A stretch of DNA of 51,285 bases from an uncultured Candidatus Saccharibacteria bacterium (GTDB lineage: Bacteria > Patescibacteriota > Minisyncoccia > Minisyncoccales > JAGMDC01). The position numbers were made by a program, and so were the translations under genes. Under the pieces are notes generated by a model that saw nothing but the letters and a program-made list of their open reading frames with translations, did no database searches and was not told the DNA's origin. The stretch's first letter is position 1; every line of letters begins with the position of its first letter. The stretch lies in assembly GCA_964615205.1 (NCBI GenBank), contig CAZTQA010000002.1, positions 1 through 51,285 on the forward strand, in the 5' to 3' direction. Of the stretch, positions 7,390 through 16,560 are shown one piece after another.

Positions 7390-7695
7390 CTATTTAGCAA
7401 GGGTTTCTTTTTTGGTAATTATTTTGTAAATGTTTTCTATAAAATCTCCACCTGCATATCCCACAATAAACGCTAGAGCTGGCGAAAAAGTGTCTACGCC
7501 CAAAAAACCAATCCCTAACTCTTTGATGCTAGCTGCTGTAAGAACTCCAATAATGCCAGACAAAAACATCATAGTTAGAAAATAAGGAATATCAAAACCA
7601 ACATTCTTGTAAGAATATTGGTGTTTTATATATCCAACCAATCCTCTAATCACTCCTCCCCCAAAACCAGCAATTAAGATAGCTAAATAAAACAT
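7390..7695 (-). CDS. Small membrane protein (three TM helices)
   Basis: Hydrophobic, Gly-rich helices; translationally coupled to the upstream gene. Confidence 0.8.
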   Translation of the reverse strand: MFYLAILIAGFGGGVIRGLVGYIKHQYSYKNVGFDIPYFLTMMFLSGIIGVLTAASIKELGIGFLGVDTFSPALAFIVGYAGGDFIENIYKIITKKETLAK

Positions 7696-8852
7696 TATTT
7701 AATGATAACACAAGGTTCAAAATATTCAATCAAACATTTTTGGAATTCTTTTAGGTTTTTATTCTTGAGCCTAAAACCAGCTGCTGGTGCATGGCCTCCA
7801 AAAGTAATTAAAAGTTTTTCGCAGGTTTTCATAGCTTTAACAGCATCCAAACCAGCAGGCATCCTTACAGAACCAACGCTTTCTTCTTTCATCTTTCTAT
7901 AAATAAAAGTGGGTCTCTTGTATTTATTGCATACCCTGGAAGCAATAGTTCCTACTAAAGTATTGGGCCAGCCAACATCACCTTCAAAAATAACAGAAGG
8001 AACCTCTTCGTTAATTTTTCCCTCTACCTCCTTAACTACCTCTTTAATTAATTCTTTCCTCTGTCTGCTCCTTTCTAAAAGACTGTCTCTTAATTCTTCG
8101 ACTTCTTCTTCATCTTGAGAAATTAAGAATAAATAAGCTTCGGTTAAATGTCTTTTAATCTGGCTTACATTTAGAATAGAAACAAGGCGCTGAATTCTTT
8201 CACCTTCTTTCATCCTTTTTAAAAAAGGAAGCTTGAAAAATATTTTTAAACCTATGCGTTGAGTGTTTCTTAATGATTGAAGTCCTTTTCTAATATATTC
8301 TTTATTCTCTTTCTCTTTCGGCATCATATCAGCAATAGTAGCTAAAGCTGTCAATTCCAATAAAGAATTATTCATTTCCTCACTCATTTTATTTCCAAAC
8401 ATTAATCTGGCTAATCTGTAAACAACACCTACTGTAGCTAAATCTTTAAAAGGATAATTATCCTTTTTTTGTTTAGGATCAATAATTATTGAGGCCTTGG
8501 GCAAGGAATCTAAAACCTGATGATGGTCAATAATAATGACTTCAAACCCCATCTGATTAGCTGTATCAGTTTCCTTAAAACTGGTAACTCCCAAATCTAG
8601 AGTAATAAATAAAGCTGGGGCAAGGGGCTTTAAAATATTGAGAGCTTTTTCGTTTATTCCGTAACCTTCTTTTCCTCTATCAACAAAATAAACAGACGAA
8701 ACCTTTCCGCCTAAATTCTCAATAGTTTCCTTTAACATAACCACAGAAGCACTGCCATCCAAATCAGCATCACCGTAGATAATAATCCTTTCTTTATCTT
8801 GAATGGCTTTTAAAATTCTTTGGCTTGCTTTTTTAAGATTTTTTATTTCCAT
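7695..8852 (-). CDS. recJ: RecJ-like DHH/DHHA1 phosphoesterase (short form)
   Basis: YGDADLDG, DLG, IIDHH, TIADMM, GSVR, GGHAPAAG; ends right after DHHA1. Confidence 0.82.
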   Translation of the reverse strand: MEIKNLKKASQRILKAIQDKERIIIYGDADLDGSASVVMLKETIENLGGKVSSVYFVDRGKEGYGINEKALNILKPLAPALFITLDLGVTSFKETDTANQMGFEVIIIDHHQVLDSLPKASIIIDPKQKKDNYPFKDLATVGVVYRLARLMFGNKMSEEMNNSLLELTALATIADMMPKEKENKEYIRKGLQSLRNTQRIGLKIFFKLPFLKRMKEGERIQRLVSILNVSQIKRHLTEAYLFLISQDEEEVEELRDSLLERSRQRKELIKEVVKEVEGKINEEVPSVIFEGDVGWPNTLVGTIASRVCNKYKRPTFIYRKMKEESVGSVRMPAGLDAVKAMKTCEKLLITFGGHAPAAGFRLKNKNLKEFQKCLIEYFEPCVIIK

Positions 8853-8919
8853 ATATTTATAGATTGTAGCAGAAAAGAATAAAAAAGCCCACCCCTTACA
8901 TAAAAACCTTGGTTCGGAC

Positions 8920-8947
8920 TTGACAATTTTCTATAGATGATTATAAT
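8920..8947 (+). promoter_or_regulatory. Consensus sigma70 promoter
   Basis: TTGACA (8920-8925), 16-bp spacer, TATAAT (8942-8947). Confidence 0.85.
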
Positions 8948-8954
8948 AAAAAAT

Positions 8955-9236
8955 GGCCGGGGAAGAAACGCCTATGGACACGTGAAGGGAATCCCGAAGC
9001 GGAACATCTCTGTCTCTACTTCGCCCGAAAAGCGCGCTACGGGAGAAGAACGAAGGGCGTTGAACCGGCCGGCTAGCTCGCGTAGTGTTTTTTCTAAAGA
9101 AAGAAGTGCAATCGCTTTAAACTGGAAAGCACCCCCAGGATTTACGGGGGTGACGGAGACGATAAGATAAAACTAGTTTGCGAGCCAAGCTGTGGGTGGC
9201 AGCAAAAACATTTTTCCACCCTCCCCTTTTTGGGGA
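8955..9236 (+). ncRNA. Unidentified structured non-coding RNA candidate (~280 nt)
   Basis: GC-enriched intergenic segment directly after a consensus promoter, with many nested helices and no credible CDS. Confidence 0.6.
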
Positions 9237-9239
9237 TAT

Positions 9240-9271
9240 GACGCTTTGTACAATTTGTACATTTAAGCGTC
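9240..9271. terminator. Hairpin between the convergent ncRNA candidate and pgk
   Basis: GACGCTT..GTACAA/TTGTAC..AAGCGTC imperfect inverted repeat. Confidence 0.5.
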
Positions 9272-9275
9272 TTAT

Positions 9276-10292
9276 TTATTTTAGGACATCTAGACCTACA
9301 AGCTGGCCATCTACAATGTAGTTTAACATAGCTCCGCCGCCAGTAGAAACAAAGCTAAATTTATCAATTAAACCAATTTGAGCCAAAAACTCTATTGTCT
9401 CTCCCCCACCTACAACTGAAAAAGCTCGGCTTTCAATAATGGCTTGAGCAACTTCCCGGCTGGATTGAGAAAATTCTTCTTCTTCAAACTTGCCCAAAGG
9501 ACCATTCCAGAAAACTGTTCTGGCTTTTTTTATTTTTTCCTTAAATAATTGAGCGGTTTCTTCTCCAACATCAAAATTATTTTTTTTCCAGTCAACAGGC
9601 AAAATTATTTTATCCGCGTATTTAAACTGTATATTCTCTTTTTCAATCTCCAAGGGCAGCAATCCGCCTACTAAAACCCAATCGCATATTTCAGAAATCT
9701 TGTCAATAAACTTGGCTTTGGTTTCTACTTTCTTTCCACCCATAACTGCCACAAAAGGTTTAAAAGGATTTTTAATCAGCTTATCCAAAACTTCCAGCTC
9801 TTTCTCAATAAGCAAGCCAATGCCTGAAGGCAGATGTTCGGGAATACCCACAATTGAGGCATGTTCTCTGTGACAAACAGCAAAAGCATCATTAATATAG
9901 ATATCTCCTAATTGAGCTAATTGCTTGGCAAACTCTAAATCGTTTTCCTCTTCCTCTTTGTAAAACCTAATATTTTCTAAAACTGCCGTCTCTCCCGACC
10001 CTATCTTTAAATATTTAAAATCATCTACTAATTTTATTTTCATTCCCAAGTATTTTTCCAGACATTCTACAACTGGCTTCAAGCTATATTTTTCTTTCCT
10101 GCCTTCCGGTCGGCCCAAATGGCTAATAATGATTATTTGGGCCTCATGTTCAATCAAATACCTAATAGTAGGCAAAACGGCCTTGATCCTGAAATCATTT
10201 AAAATGTTCCCTTTTTCATCTAAGGGAACATTGAAATCAGTTCTCAACAAAACTTTTTTGTTTTTGAAATCAAAATCAGTTATCTTTTTCAT
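9276..10292 (-). CDS. pgk: Phosphoglycerate kinase (short form)
   Basis: RTDFNVP, SHLGRP, LENIRF, NDAF..HR.HAS, FWNGPLG.FE, VSTGGGA. Confidence 0.95.
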   Translation of the reverse strand: MKKITDFDFKNKKVLLRTDFNVPLDEKGNILNDFRIKAVLPTIRYLIEHEAQIIIISHLGRPEGRKEKYSLKPVVECLEKYLGMKIKLVDDFKYLKIGSGETAVLENIRFYKEEEENDLEFAKQLAQLGDIYINDAFAVCHREHASIVGIPEHLPSGIGLLIEKELEVLDKLIKNPFKPFVAVMGGKKVETKAKFIDKISEICDWVLVGGLLPLEIEKENIQFKYADKIILPVDWKKNNFDVGEETAQLFKEKIKKARTVFWNGPLGKFEEEEFSQSSREVAQAIIESRAFSVVGGGETIEFLAQIGLIDKFSFVSTGGGAMLNYIVDGQLVGLDVLK

Positions 10293-11862
10293 TTTTATCT
10301 AAAGAATCTTTTAAGGCTTGTTTTAATCCTTGAACGTCTATTTCTTTTTTGGGCCTTTCTTTCTCTTCTTTTTTACGCGTGCTGGGATGAAAGAAAACCG
10401 GTTCTTGCTTAACAGCTTCATTCAAAGACATACCAGCAACTTCTTCGTGCTTTAATTTCTCCAAACAGGATTTGCAGTAAACCGGCCTGACATTATCCGG
10501 CTTAAAAGGAAGCTTGATATTTTTTCCGCATTTCTGGCATTGGGCGTCATAAAGGGCTTGAGAAGCTGGAGCCGGCTCTGTGCTATTGACAGACTGGGAC
10601 CAGACAGAAATTTTTGACTCTACTTCTTTCCTATCTGTGCCATACTGTTTCCTAGAGTTCCTAATAATTTCCTCCCTGTTTAATTCTATAGGCTTTTCTA
10701 AAGGAGGAAGAGTATCAGCTGAAAAGGGCCTGCCTGCTAATCCATCAATCATTAATTTTAAATAAATATTGTATTTAGCCAGATTAACCAAATCCGAAGC
10801 GTTAAATTCGGGCATAAATTCCTTTTCCAAAAATTCAGCATCCTCTGCTCCTACTCTGAAAGAAACAATGGTTCCCACATTGCCAAAAACAGCATCTCTT
10901 ACTCCCTCTTCCATTTGAGTAATATACTGATGAGCTAAAATAAGGCAAAGGCGGTATTTTCTGGCTTCAGAAAGAATATTTACAAATGATTCTGTGGCAA
11001 AATTTTGAAATTCATCTACGTAAAGAAAGAAATCTTTCCTTTCTGCTTCGGGAATGTCTACTCTGGACATAGCTGCTAATTGGAGTTTGGTAATTAAAAG
11101 AGCGCCTAAAAGCTTGGAAGCATCTTCTCCAATTCTTCCTTTGGATAAATTCAAAATTAAAATCTTTTGTTCATCCATAACCTTACGCATATCAATGGAA
11201 GTATGAACCTGACCAATAATATTTCTGATTAAGGTTGTGGAAATAAACTGGCCTATTTTATTCTGAATAGCGGCTGTAGCTTCCACTTCCAGTCTCTGGG
11301 TGTACTTGGCAAATTCCTGAGTCCAAAATGCCTTAATTACCGGGTCATTTACTTTGCTAACAACTTCTTTTCTGTAATCTGCATCTGCCAGCATACGATT
11401 TATTCCCAAAAGAGTGGAACCAGGATATTCTAAAAGGGCTAAAAGACAATTGCTTAAAATATATTCCATACGGGCTGACCAAACATCAGGCCAGATTTTC
11501 TTAAAAACACCCATCAAACCTCCGGAAACCAAATGTCTCTTCTCGGGATCTACTTTTTCCATAATATTAAAAGCAATGGGGTAATTTAAATCAGCTGGAT
11601 TGAAATAGACTACATCTTTAATTCTTTCTTTAGGAATAAAATCAAGAATGTTTTCCGATGCCTCTCCGTGAGGATCAACAAAAGCCACACCCCTGCCTGC
11701 CTGAATATCCTGAATAGCCATATTTTCCAGTAAAGCTGTTTTTCCCATCCCGGTTTTTCCCACAATATAAAAATGACGACGCCTGTCATCTGTTTTAATG
11801 CCAAACTTTTTTCTTATATTTCTAAAATTCGTTTCTCCAAAAAAATTTATTTCATCTTCCAT
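10276..11862 (-). CDS. VirD4/TraD/HerA-like coupling ATPase with C-terminal CxxC-x17-CxxC zinc ribbon
   Basis: Walker A GKTGMGKT, DPHG, Walker B LYVDEFQNF, EARKY..LAHQ; CQKC..PF.P...RPVYC..C. Confidence 0.88.
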   Translation of the reverse strand: MEDEINFFGETNFRNIRKKFGIKTDDRRRHFYIVGKTGMGKTALLENMAIQDIQAGRGVAFVDPHGEASENILDFIPKERIKDVVYFNPADLNYPIAFNIMEKVDPEKRHLVSGGLMGVFKKIWPDVWSARMEYILSNCLLALLEYPGSTLLGINRMLADADYRKEVVSKVNDPVIKAFWTQEFAKYTQRLEVEATAAIQNKIGQFISTTLIRNIIGQVHTSIDMRKVMDEQKILILNLSKGRIGEDASKLLGALLITKLQLAAMSRVDIPEAERKDFFLYVDEFQNFATESFVNILSEARKYRLCLILAHQYITQMEEGVRDAVFGNVGTIVSFRVGAEDAEFLEKEFMPEFNASDLVNLAKYNIYLKLMIDGLAGRPFSADTLPPLEKPIELNREEIIRNSRKQYGTDRKEVESKISVWSQSVNSTEPAPASQALYDAQCQKCGKNIKLPFKPDNVRPVYCKSCLEKLKHEEVAGMSLNEAVKQEPVFFHPSTRKKEEKERPKKEIDVQGLKQALKDSLDKNEKDN

Positions 11863-11886
11863 GTTTTTAATTTTTAAAATATAAAT

Positions 11887-13182
11887 CTATTCAGTAGGCA
11901 AATTGGCTGGTGCCTCTCCTCTCTTAGCTTCCACCCTAGAAACAGAAGGAGCGGCTGTTACTCCCATGCCCGGGAAATGAAATAAAGAAGCCAATTCCTC
12001 AATATTTAAAATAAAGGTTCCGCCAGACCAAGGAAAGAAAGGATTCAGTCTCTGGGAATAATTTCTAAATAATCTTCTCTTCCTGACATAAAGCCGTTTA
12101 TTGTCTAAAAACCAAAGCCAAACTGTCTGAACCTTAGTAATGGTTTTTTTCATTGGCTTCAAGCCATTAAAATTGGCTGTGCTGAATAAATCAAAAAATC
12201 CCATAGGAATAGCTTTATTGGGTCTGAAAAAAACATCTTTTTTTGCTACTAAAATAAATCTGATGCCGCAGTTAAAAGAATATTTTCCAATTTTTTCTTC
12301 AATACTTGCCACTACTTTTTTCTCTCCCGGAGTGAGCTCCATTTCGGGAAGAACTGCTCTCTCTTGTTTTTCCAGCTCTGCTGGCGGCTCACCTGTGATC
12401 AATACGTCTATGGCTTTCTCTACGATAGGTTTATCCGGAGGAGACAGTCCAGGCCTTTTCACCAGTTTATCTACAGCTTTTTTGGCATTTTCAAAATAAT
12501 TTTTGCTTTCAGCTAAATGAGAAACCGGCGTGCAGTACATTTGTATCCACAATTGTTCTCCGGGCTTAAACTTTGCCATTCCTTCCAATAAATTGGAAAT
12601 GGGATCAATTCTTTTTTCTTCCTTGGCTACGTCTGGCTTTTCTTCGTAGAAAGAACTGTAGGTTTTAATAGGATAAAAATCATCTTTTAATAACTCATAA
12701 TCGCAGCCCCAGGCGTCCCAGTCCCGATTAGGAACATCTTGAGAAACCTTTTTAGTATAATCCTCTACTTCCTTAATTTCTAAATCCGGATATTGGGAAT
12801 AAAGTACTGACTCCACTAAATTGCGCGCGGCTTCAGGAATACGAATAAAAAAATGGGGACTCCCATCAATACCTACTATTTCTAAAGAAAAACCCAGCTG
12901 TAATTTGCCTTCAAGCCATATTTCCCTGAAATTTCCCGGCGGGTCATAAAAATGCCACAAGCCGTTAAAAACTGTTTCCATGGCTTTTATAGGCCTCAAG
13001 ACTTCTTTAGAAGGAATTATTTCTAACACAATAAAGTTGACTGCATCAAGCCAAACAGTGTTTCTCCACCAAAGATATAAGAAGAGAAAGGGCTTAATTA
13101 AAATAAAAGGGATGATAACCCAGCCCCATGTTTTCAAAAACATCCATATTATGTTCAATATTTCAAAAATTTGTTCCTGCAT
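11887..13182 (-). CDS. N-terminally anchored membrane protein, partner of the adjacent ATPase
   Basis: N-terminal TM helix; 'FSLEI', 'YPIKTY', 'EELASLFHFP' motifs; co-oriented with the ATPase. Confidence 0.8.
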   Translation of the reverse strand: MQEQIFEILNIIWMFLKTWGWVIIPFILIKPFLFLYLWWRNTVWLDAVNFIVLEIIPSKEVLRPIKAMETVFNGLWHFYDPPGNFREIWLEGKLQLGFSLEIVGIDGSPHFFIRIPEAARNLVESVLYSQYPDLEIKEVEDYTKKVSQDVPNRDWDAWGCDYELLKDDFYPIKTYSSFYEEKPDVAKEEKRIDPISNLLEGMAKFKPGEQLWIQMYCTPVSHLAESKNYFENAKKAVDKLVKRPGLSPPDKPIVEKAIDVLITGEPPAELEKQERAVLPEMELTPGEKKVVASIEEKIGKYSFNCGIRFILVAKKDVFFRPNKAIPMGFFDLFSTANFNGLKPMKKTITKVQTVWLWFLDNKRLYVRKRRLFRNYSQRLNPFFPWSGGTFILNIEELASLFHFPGMGVTAAPSVSRVEAKRGEAPANLPTE

Positions 13183-13185
13183 TAA

Positions 13186-14187
13186 TTAAGCTTCTTTGAC
13201 AAAGTATTTTCCTTGAGAATCCCGGGAAAAATGTTCTCTGTTTTGCAAATTCAAGAGTATGGTGTTTTTTTGAACAAAACGTTGGCTTGAAACCTTATCC
13301 ACAATCTCTTGGGAAGATAAAGGTTTGGGAGAACTTTGGATTACATCTTTAATTACCTCCCTGACTATGCCTGGTTTATATCCCCATTCTCTTAAAGCAT
13401 AAAGTCCCCTTCCCACCAAGACAAACCTGGAATCTTTAATCAACTCATTATGAACTGTTTTAACTAAGCAGGGCTTCTTTTCTTTTTCCTGTTTTTCAAT
13501 AAGTTCTGCCACTTTAGTAAAATGAAGAGGCTGGTTTTCTTTTTTAATAATTAAAAAGGCCTTGTCTTTAATACCTTTAGGATTAATCTCCGGCCACGAA
13601 GACAAACCATATAGTCCTTGTGTCCCCTTGTCAATATCTTTAGAAATATCTGCATAACAGGAAAGAACATCTTTGTTTAGATTAGCAAAACTAACCTTCT
13701 CTAAAGAAAGCGGCTGGCTCTTTTTCTCAAGTTCTTGTTTAAAATCATCAACTACTTTTTGAACCGTATTAACAGAATTATGATTTATAGTCCAAAAAGC
13801 ATGAAAATTATCTGTTTCCGAAACCCGTTTAAATTCATCTCCTAAAGTAAGTAAAAAGAAAACCTGGCCTTTAAATTTCTTTCCGCCAAGCTCTTCTAAA
13901 AGTGAATCTTCTTTTTTAAGGTTGCCGCAATTTTGTAGTTTTTGTTTAAAATTTTGAAAAACATTTTGAGCCACTGTTTTGGCTTTAGCACGGGCTTTTT
14001 TTAATCCATCTTCTTCAATTTGACGCACTCTTTCCCGAGTAATTTCATAGCTCTGGCCAATTGATTCTAAGGTTTCCCTCCCCTGGCCCTGTTTAAGGCC
14101 AAAGCGACGTTCCAGAACATCTCTGGTTCTCTTTTGGGGCAAATCTTTTAAAATATCATTGCAAATTTTTTGATAATTAATGTTCAT
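13186..14187 (-). CDS. Sigma70 region-4 HTH protein with C-terminal winged-helix (HARE-HTH-like) domains
   Basis: RRFGL..RETLESIG..Y.ITRERVRQIE; 'PLHF..VA..I...TVHNELI.D.RFVLVGRG.YAL.EW'. Confidence 0.82.
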   Translation of the reverse strand: MNINYQKICNDILKDLPQKRTRDVLERRFGLKQGQGRETLESIGQSYEITRERVRQIEEDGLKKARAKAKTVAQNVFQNFKQKLQNCGNLKKEDSLLEELGGKKFKGQVFFLLTLGDEFKRVSETDNFHAFWTINHNSVNTVQKVVDDFKQELEKKSQPLSLEKVSFANLNKDVLSCYADISKDIDKGTQGLYGLSSWPEINPKGIKDKAFLIIKKENQPLHFTKVAELIEKQEKEKKPCLVKTVHNELIKDSRFVLVGRGLYALREWGYKPGIVREVIKDVIQSSPKPLSSQEIVDKVSSQRFVQKNTILLNLQNREHFSRDSQGKYFVKEA

Positions 14188-14198
14188 AAGATTATTTT

Positions 14199-14227
14199 TT
14201 TATAGCATAAGATATAAATGCTGTCAA
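14199..14227 (-). promoter_or_regulatory. sigma70 promoter for the 13186-14187 gene
   Basis: TTGACA-17 bp-(TGC)TATAAA on the minus strand. Confidence 0.7.
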
Positions 14228-14236
14228 TGTTGAAAA

Positions 14237-15127
14237 CTAAATTCTTTTTTTAAATTTAAACCACCAGACCAAAAGAGGACTGACCAAGAACAAGGAAGAA
14301 TAAGTCCCTGCTGTAATTCCAATAATTAAAGCCAAAGCAAAATATTTTAAAGTTTCACCTCCGAAAAAGAAAATAGCCAAAAGCACAAACAGGGTGGTTA
14401 AAGATGTATTGATGGAACGGGTTAAGCTCTGATTTAAAGAGATATCTACTATTTTGGCAAAATCTTCTTTAACGTGGGGACTTAAGAGGTTTTCTCTGAT
14501 TCTGTCAAAAACAACTACTGTATTGTTGACAGAATATCCTAAAACCGTAAGCAAGGCCACAATAACCGGAATAGACACCTCTACTTCATAATAGTGGCCC
14601 AAAACAGCAAAAAAGCCCAAAGGAATCAAAACATCATGGCCTAAAGTAATCAAAGAAGCCAAGCCAAACTGCCAGCTTCTTATGGGCTTTTGAACAGCTC
14701 GGAAAGAAAAAGCAATATATAGAAGGACGACTAAAACAGCTAAAATTACAATTAATTTTGTTTTTTCTTTTAATTCACTCCCGATAACCGGGCCTATGTT
14801 TTCATATCTTTGCTGTTCTAATTCATAATCTTGCTTTAACCTTTCCATAATCTGGCTATGGGTTTCTTCAGGGATATCTTTGGCGCGGATAATAACTCCT
14901 TTTTCTCCAGTGGGCTGAATAACTATAGTGCCTAAATCAAACCCCGAAAGCTGTTCTCTGATTTCATCGTTAGAGGGTCTGTTTTCAAGATATTCTATTT
15001 CTAAAATGCTGCCGCCAGTAAATTCAATACCAAATCTTAAATTAAACCAAGCCAAACTAATCAAGCTTATTAAAATCAAGGCAAGAGAAAAAATAAAATA
15101 AATTTTAGAATATTTGATTATTTCCAT
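14237..15127 (-). CDS. secF: Protein translocase subunit SecF
   Basis: GIEFTGG, GYSVNNTVVVFDRIRE, RSINTS.TT, GTYSS. Confidence 0.96.
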   Translation of the reverse strand: MEIIKYSKIYFIFSLALILISLISLAWFNLRFGIEFTGGSILEIEYLENRPSNDEIREQLSGFDLGTIVIQPTGEKGVIIRAKDIPEETHSQIMERLKQDYELEQQRYENIGPVIGSELKEKTKLIVILAVLVVLLYIAFSFRAVQKPIRSWQFGLASLITLGHDVLIPLGFFAVLGHYYEVEVSIPVIVALLTVLGYSVNNTVVVFDRIRENLLSPHVKEDFAKIVDISLNQSLTRSINTSLTTLFVLLAIFFFGGETLKYFALALIIGITAGTYSSLFLVSPLLVWWFKFKKRI

Positions 15128-16521
15128 ATTTTTCTAAACTTTTCTAAGCGAGTTCCCTCAAACATCTGAAGAAGGCTCTTAGTAATTAAAATGGCAGAAA
15201 ACATACTTAAAAGAATGCCCAAGCTTAATGTTAAAGCAAATCCTTTTACAAAGCTGGTTCCAAAAGCAAACAAAATAAGAGCTACCATTAAAGTGGTTAG
15301 GTTCCCGTCTTTAATAGAAGGCCAAGCCCGGCTAAACCCCTCCTGAACACTCTGGGAAAAGGTTTTTTCTTTTTCTATCTCTTCTCTCATACGGGAGAAG
15401 ATAAGCACATTAGCATCTACAGCCATTCCAATAGACAAAATAAAGCCGCCTATTCCGGCCAGAGTAAGAGTAATAGAAGCTAATTTAAAAAGACTTAAAG
15501 CAAAAATAACATATATTATTAAAGCCATAGAAGCTAGAACTCCGGGCAAACGATAAAACAAAATCAAGAAAATTAAAACCGCTAAAAAACCATAGATGCC
15601 GGCAGTCAAGGATTTGTCTAAGGAGACTTTTCCCAAACTTGGGCCTACAGTTTGCTGGGAAATTAATTCAATGGGAACGGGTAAAGCTCCGGCAGAAAGA
15701 TTACGGGCTAATTCTTTGGCTTCCTGCAATGTAAATTGTCCTGTAATCTGGGCTTTACCTCCAGAAATCTTTTCGTTAACTACCGGACTAGAAATCATTA
15801 TCTCATCAATATAAATGGCTAAGGGTTTGTTAATGTTCTTTTCAGTTAATTCCTCAAAAATATTAGCTCCTTCTTCATCAAATTGAAGCCGTATTAATGG
15901 ATTATAACCGCTCTGGTCAAAGCCGATTTCCGCGCTTTCTAAATATTTCCCGGTTAAATCCGTGGCTACAAAAGGATCTTCAAAAGCTAACATCCAATTC
16001 TCAACTGAGTTTTGAATCTCTTCAAAGGTTTTTCCTTCCTGCATCAATTTATTTACTTCTTCTCTTTTGGCTAAAATTTCATCAAAATTTTCTGCTTTTT
16101 CTCTGAATTCCAAAAAAGGCGTTTGGCCAATCATTTCAATGGCTTGAGCCGGATCACTTATACCAGCCAGCTCCACAATTAAACGATTGTGTTCTGCTGT
16201 TTGTTGAACTTGCACTACTGGTTCCGTAACACCAAAAAGATTGACTCTTCTTTCAATAACGTCTCTCAATCCCTGCAAAGAAGAAGTAATGTCTTCTTCC
16301 TCAACATTAGAAACATCAGCCTCATAAATTAAATGAGTTCCACCCTGTAAATCCAATCCCAAGACAAACTCTTCCTCCGGCATTTTGGGAAAATTAACAG
16401 ATAATTTATTACTTATAACATCAGCTCCTTTATTCCAGTATTGAGGTTCAACAAAATTTCCTGCCACAAAAGCCAGAATAAAAATGAAAATAACAATAAT
16501 AGTATTTTGTCTGCGAGACAT
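15118..16521 (-). CDS. secD: Protein translocase subunit SecD
   Basis: LGLDLQGG, GALPVP, GPSLG, GMAVDANVLIF. Confidence 0.97.
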   Translation of the reverse strand: MSRRQNTIIVIFIFILAFVAGNFVEPQYWNKGADVISNKLSVNFPKMPEEEFVLGLDLQGGTHLIYEADVSNVEEEDITSSLQGLRDVIERRVNLFGVTEPVVQVQQTAEHNRLIVELAGISDPAQAIEMIGQTPFLEFREKAENFDEILAKREEVNKLMQEGKTFEEIQNSVENWMLAFEDPFVATDLTGKYLESAEIGFDQSGYNPLIRLQFDEEGANIFEELTEKNINKPLAIYIDEIMISSPVVNEKISGGKAQITGQFTLQEAKELARNLSAGALPVPIELISQQTVGPSLGKVSLDKSLTAGIYGFLAVLIFLILFYRLPGVLASMALIIYVIFALSLFKLASITLTLAGIGGFILSIGMAVDANVLIFSRMREEIEKEKTFSQSVQEGFSRAWPSIKDGNLTTLMVALILFAFGTSFVKGFALTLSLGILLSMFSAILITKSLLQMFEGTRLEKFRKIWK

Positions 16522-16560
16522 ATTATTTTATTTTATCTCTTAAAAATATTTTGTCAACTT

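Noticed and set aside
8937-9170. 77-aa + strand ORF
   Set aside because: Its ATG lies upstream of the -10 box and the predicted TSS, the composition is atypical, and dense base-pairing explains the sequence better
8981-9190. Identification of the orphan RNA as cobalamin riboswitch, RNase P, tmRNA, SRP or group I intron
   Set aside because: Only short fragments resemble them (AAGGGAATCCC, GAGCCAAG, AAGATAA, TCCACC); required motifs are missing or out of order, and there is no downstream gene or host exon
10276-11862. ATPase as evidence of a conjugative element
   Set aside because: No relaxase, virB genes or element boundaries; it overlaps housekeeping pgk
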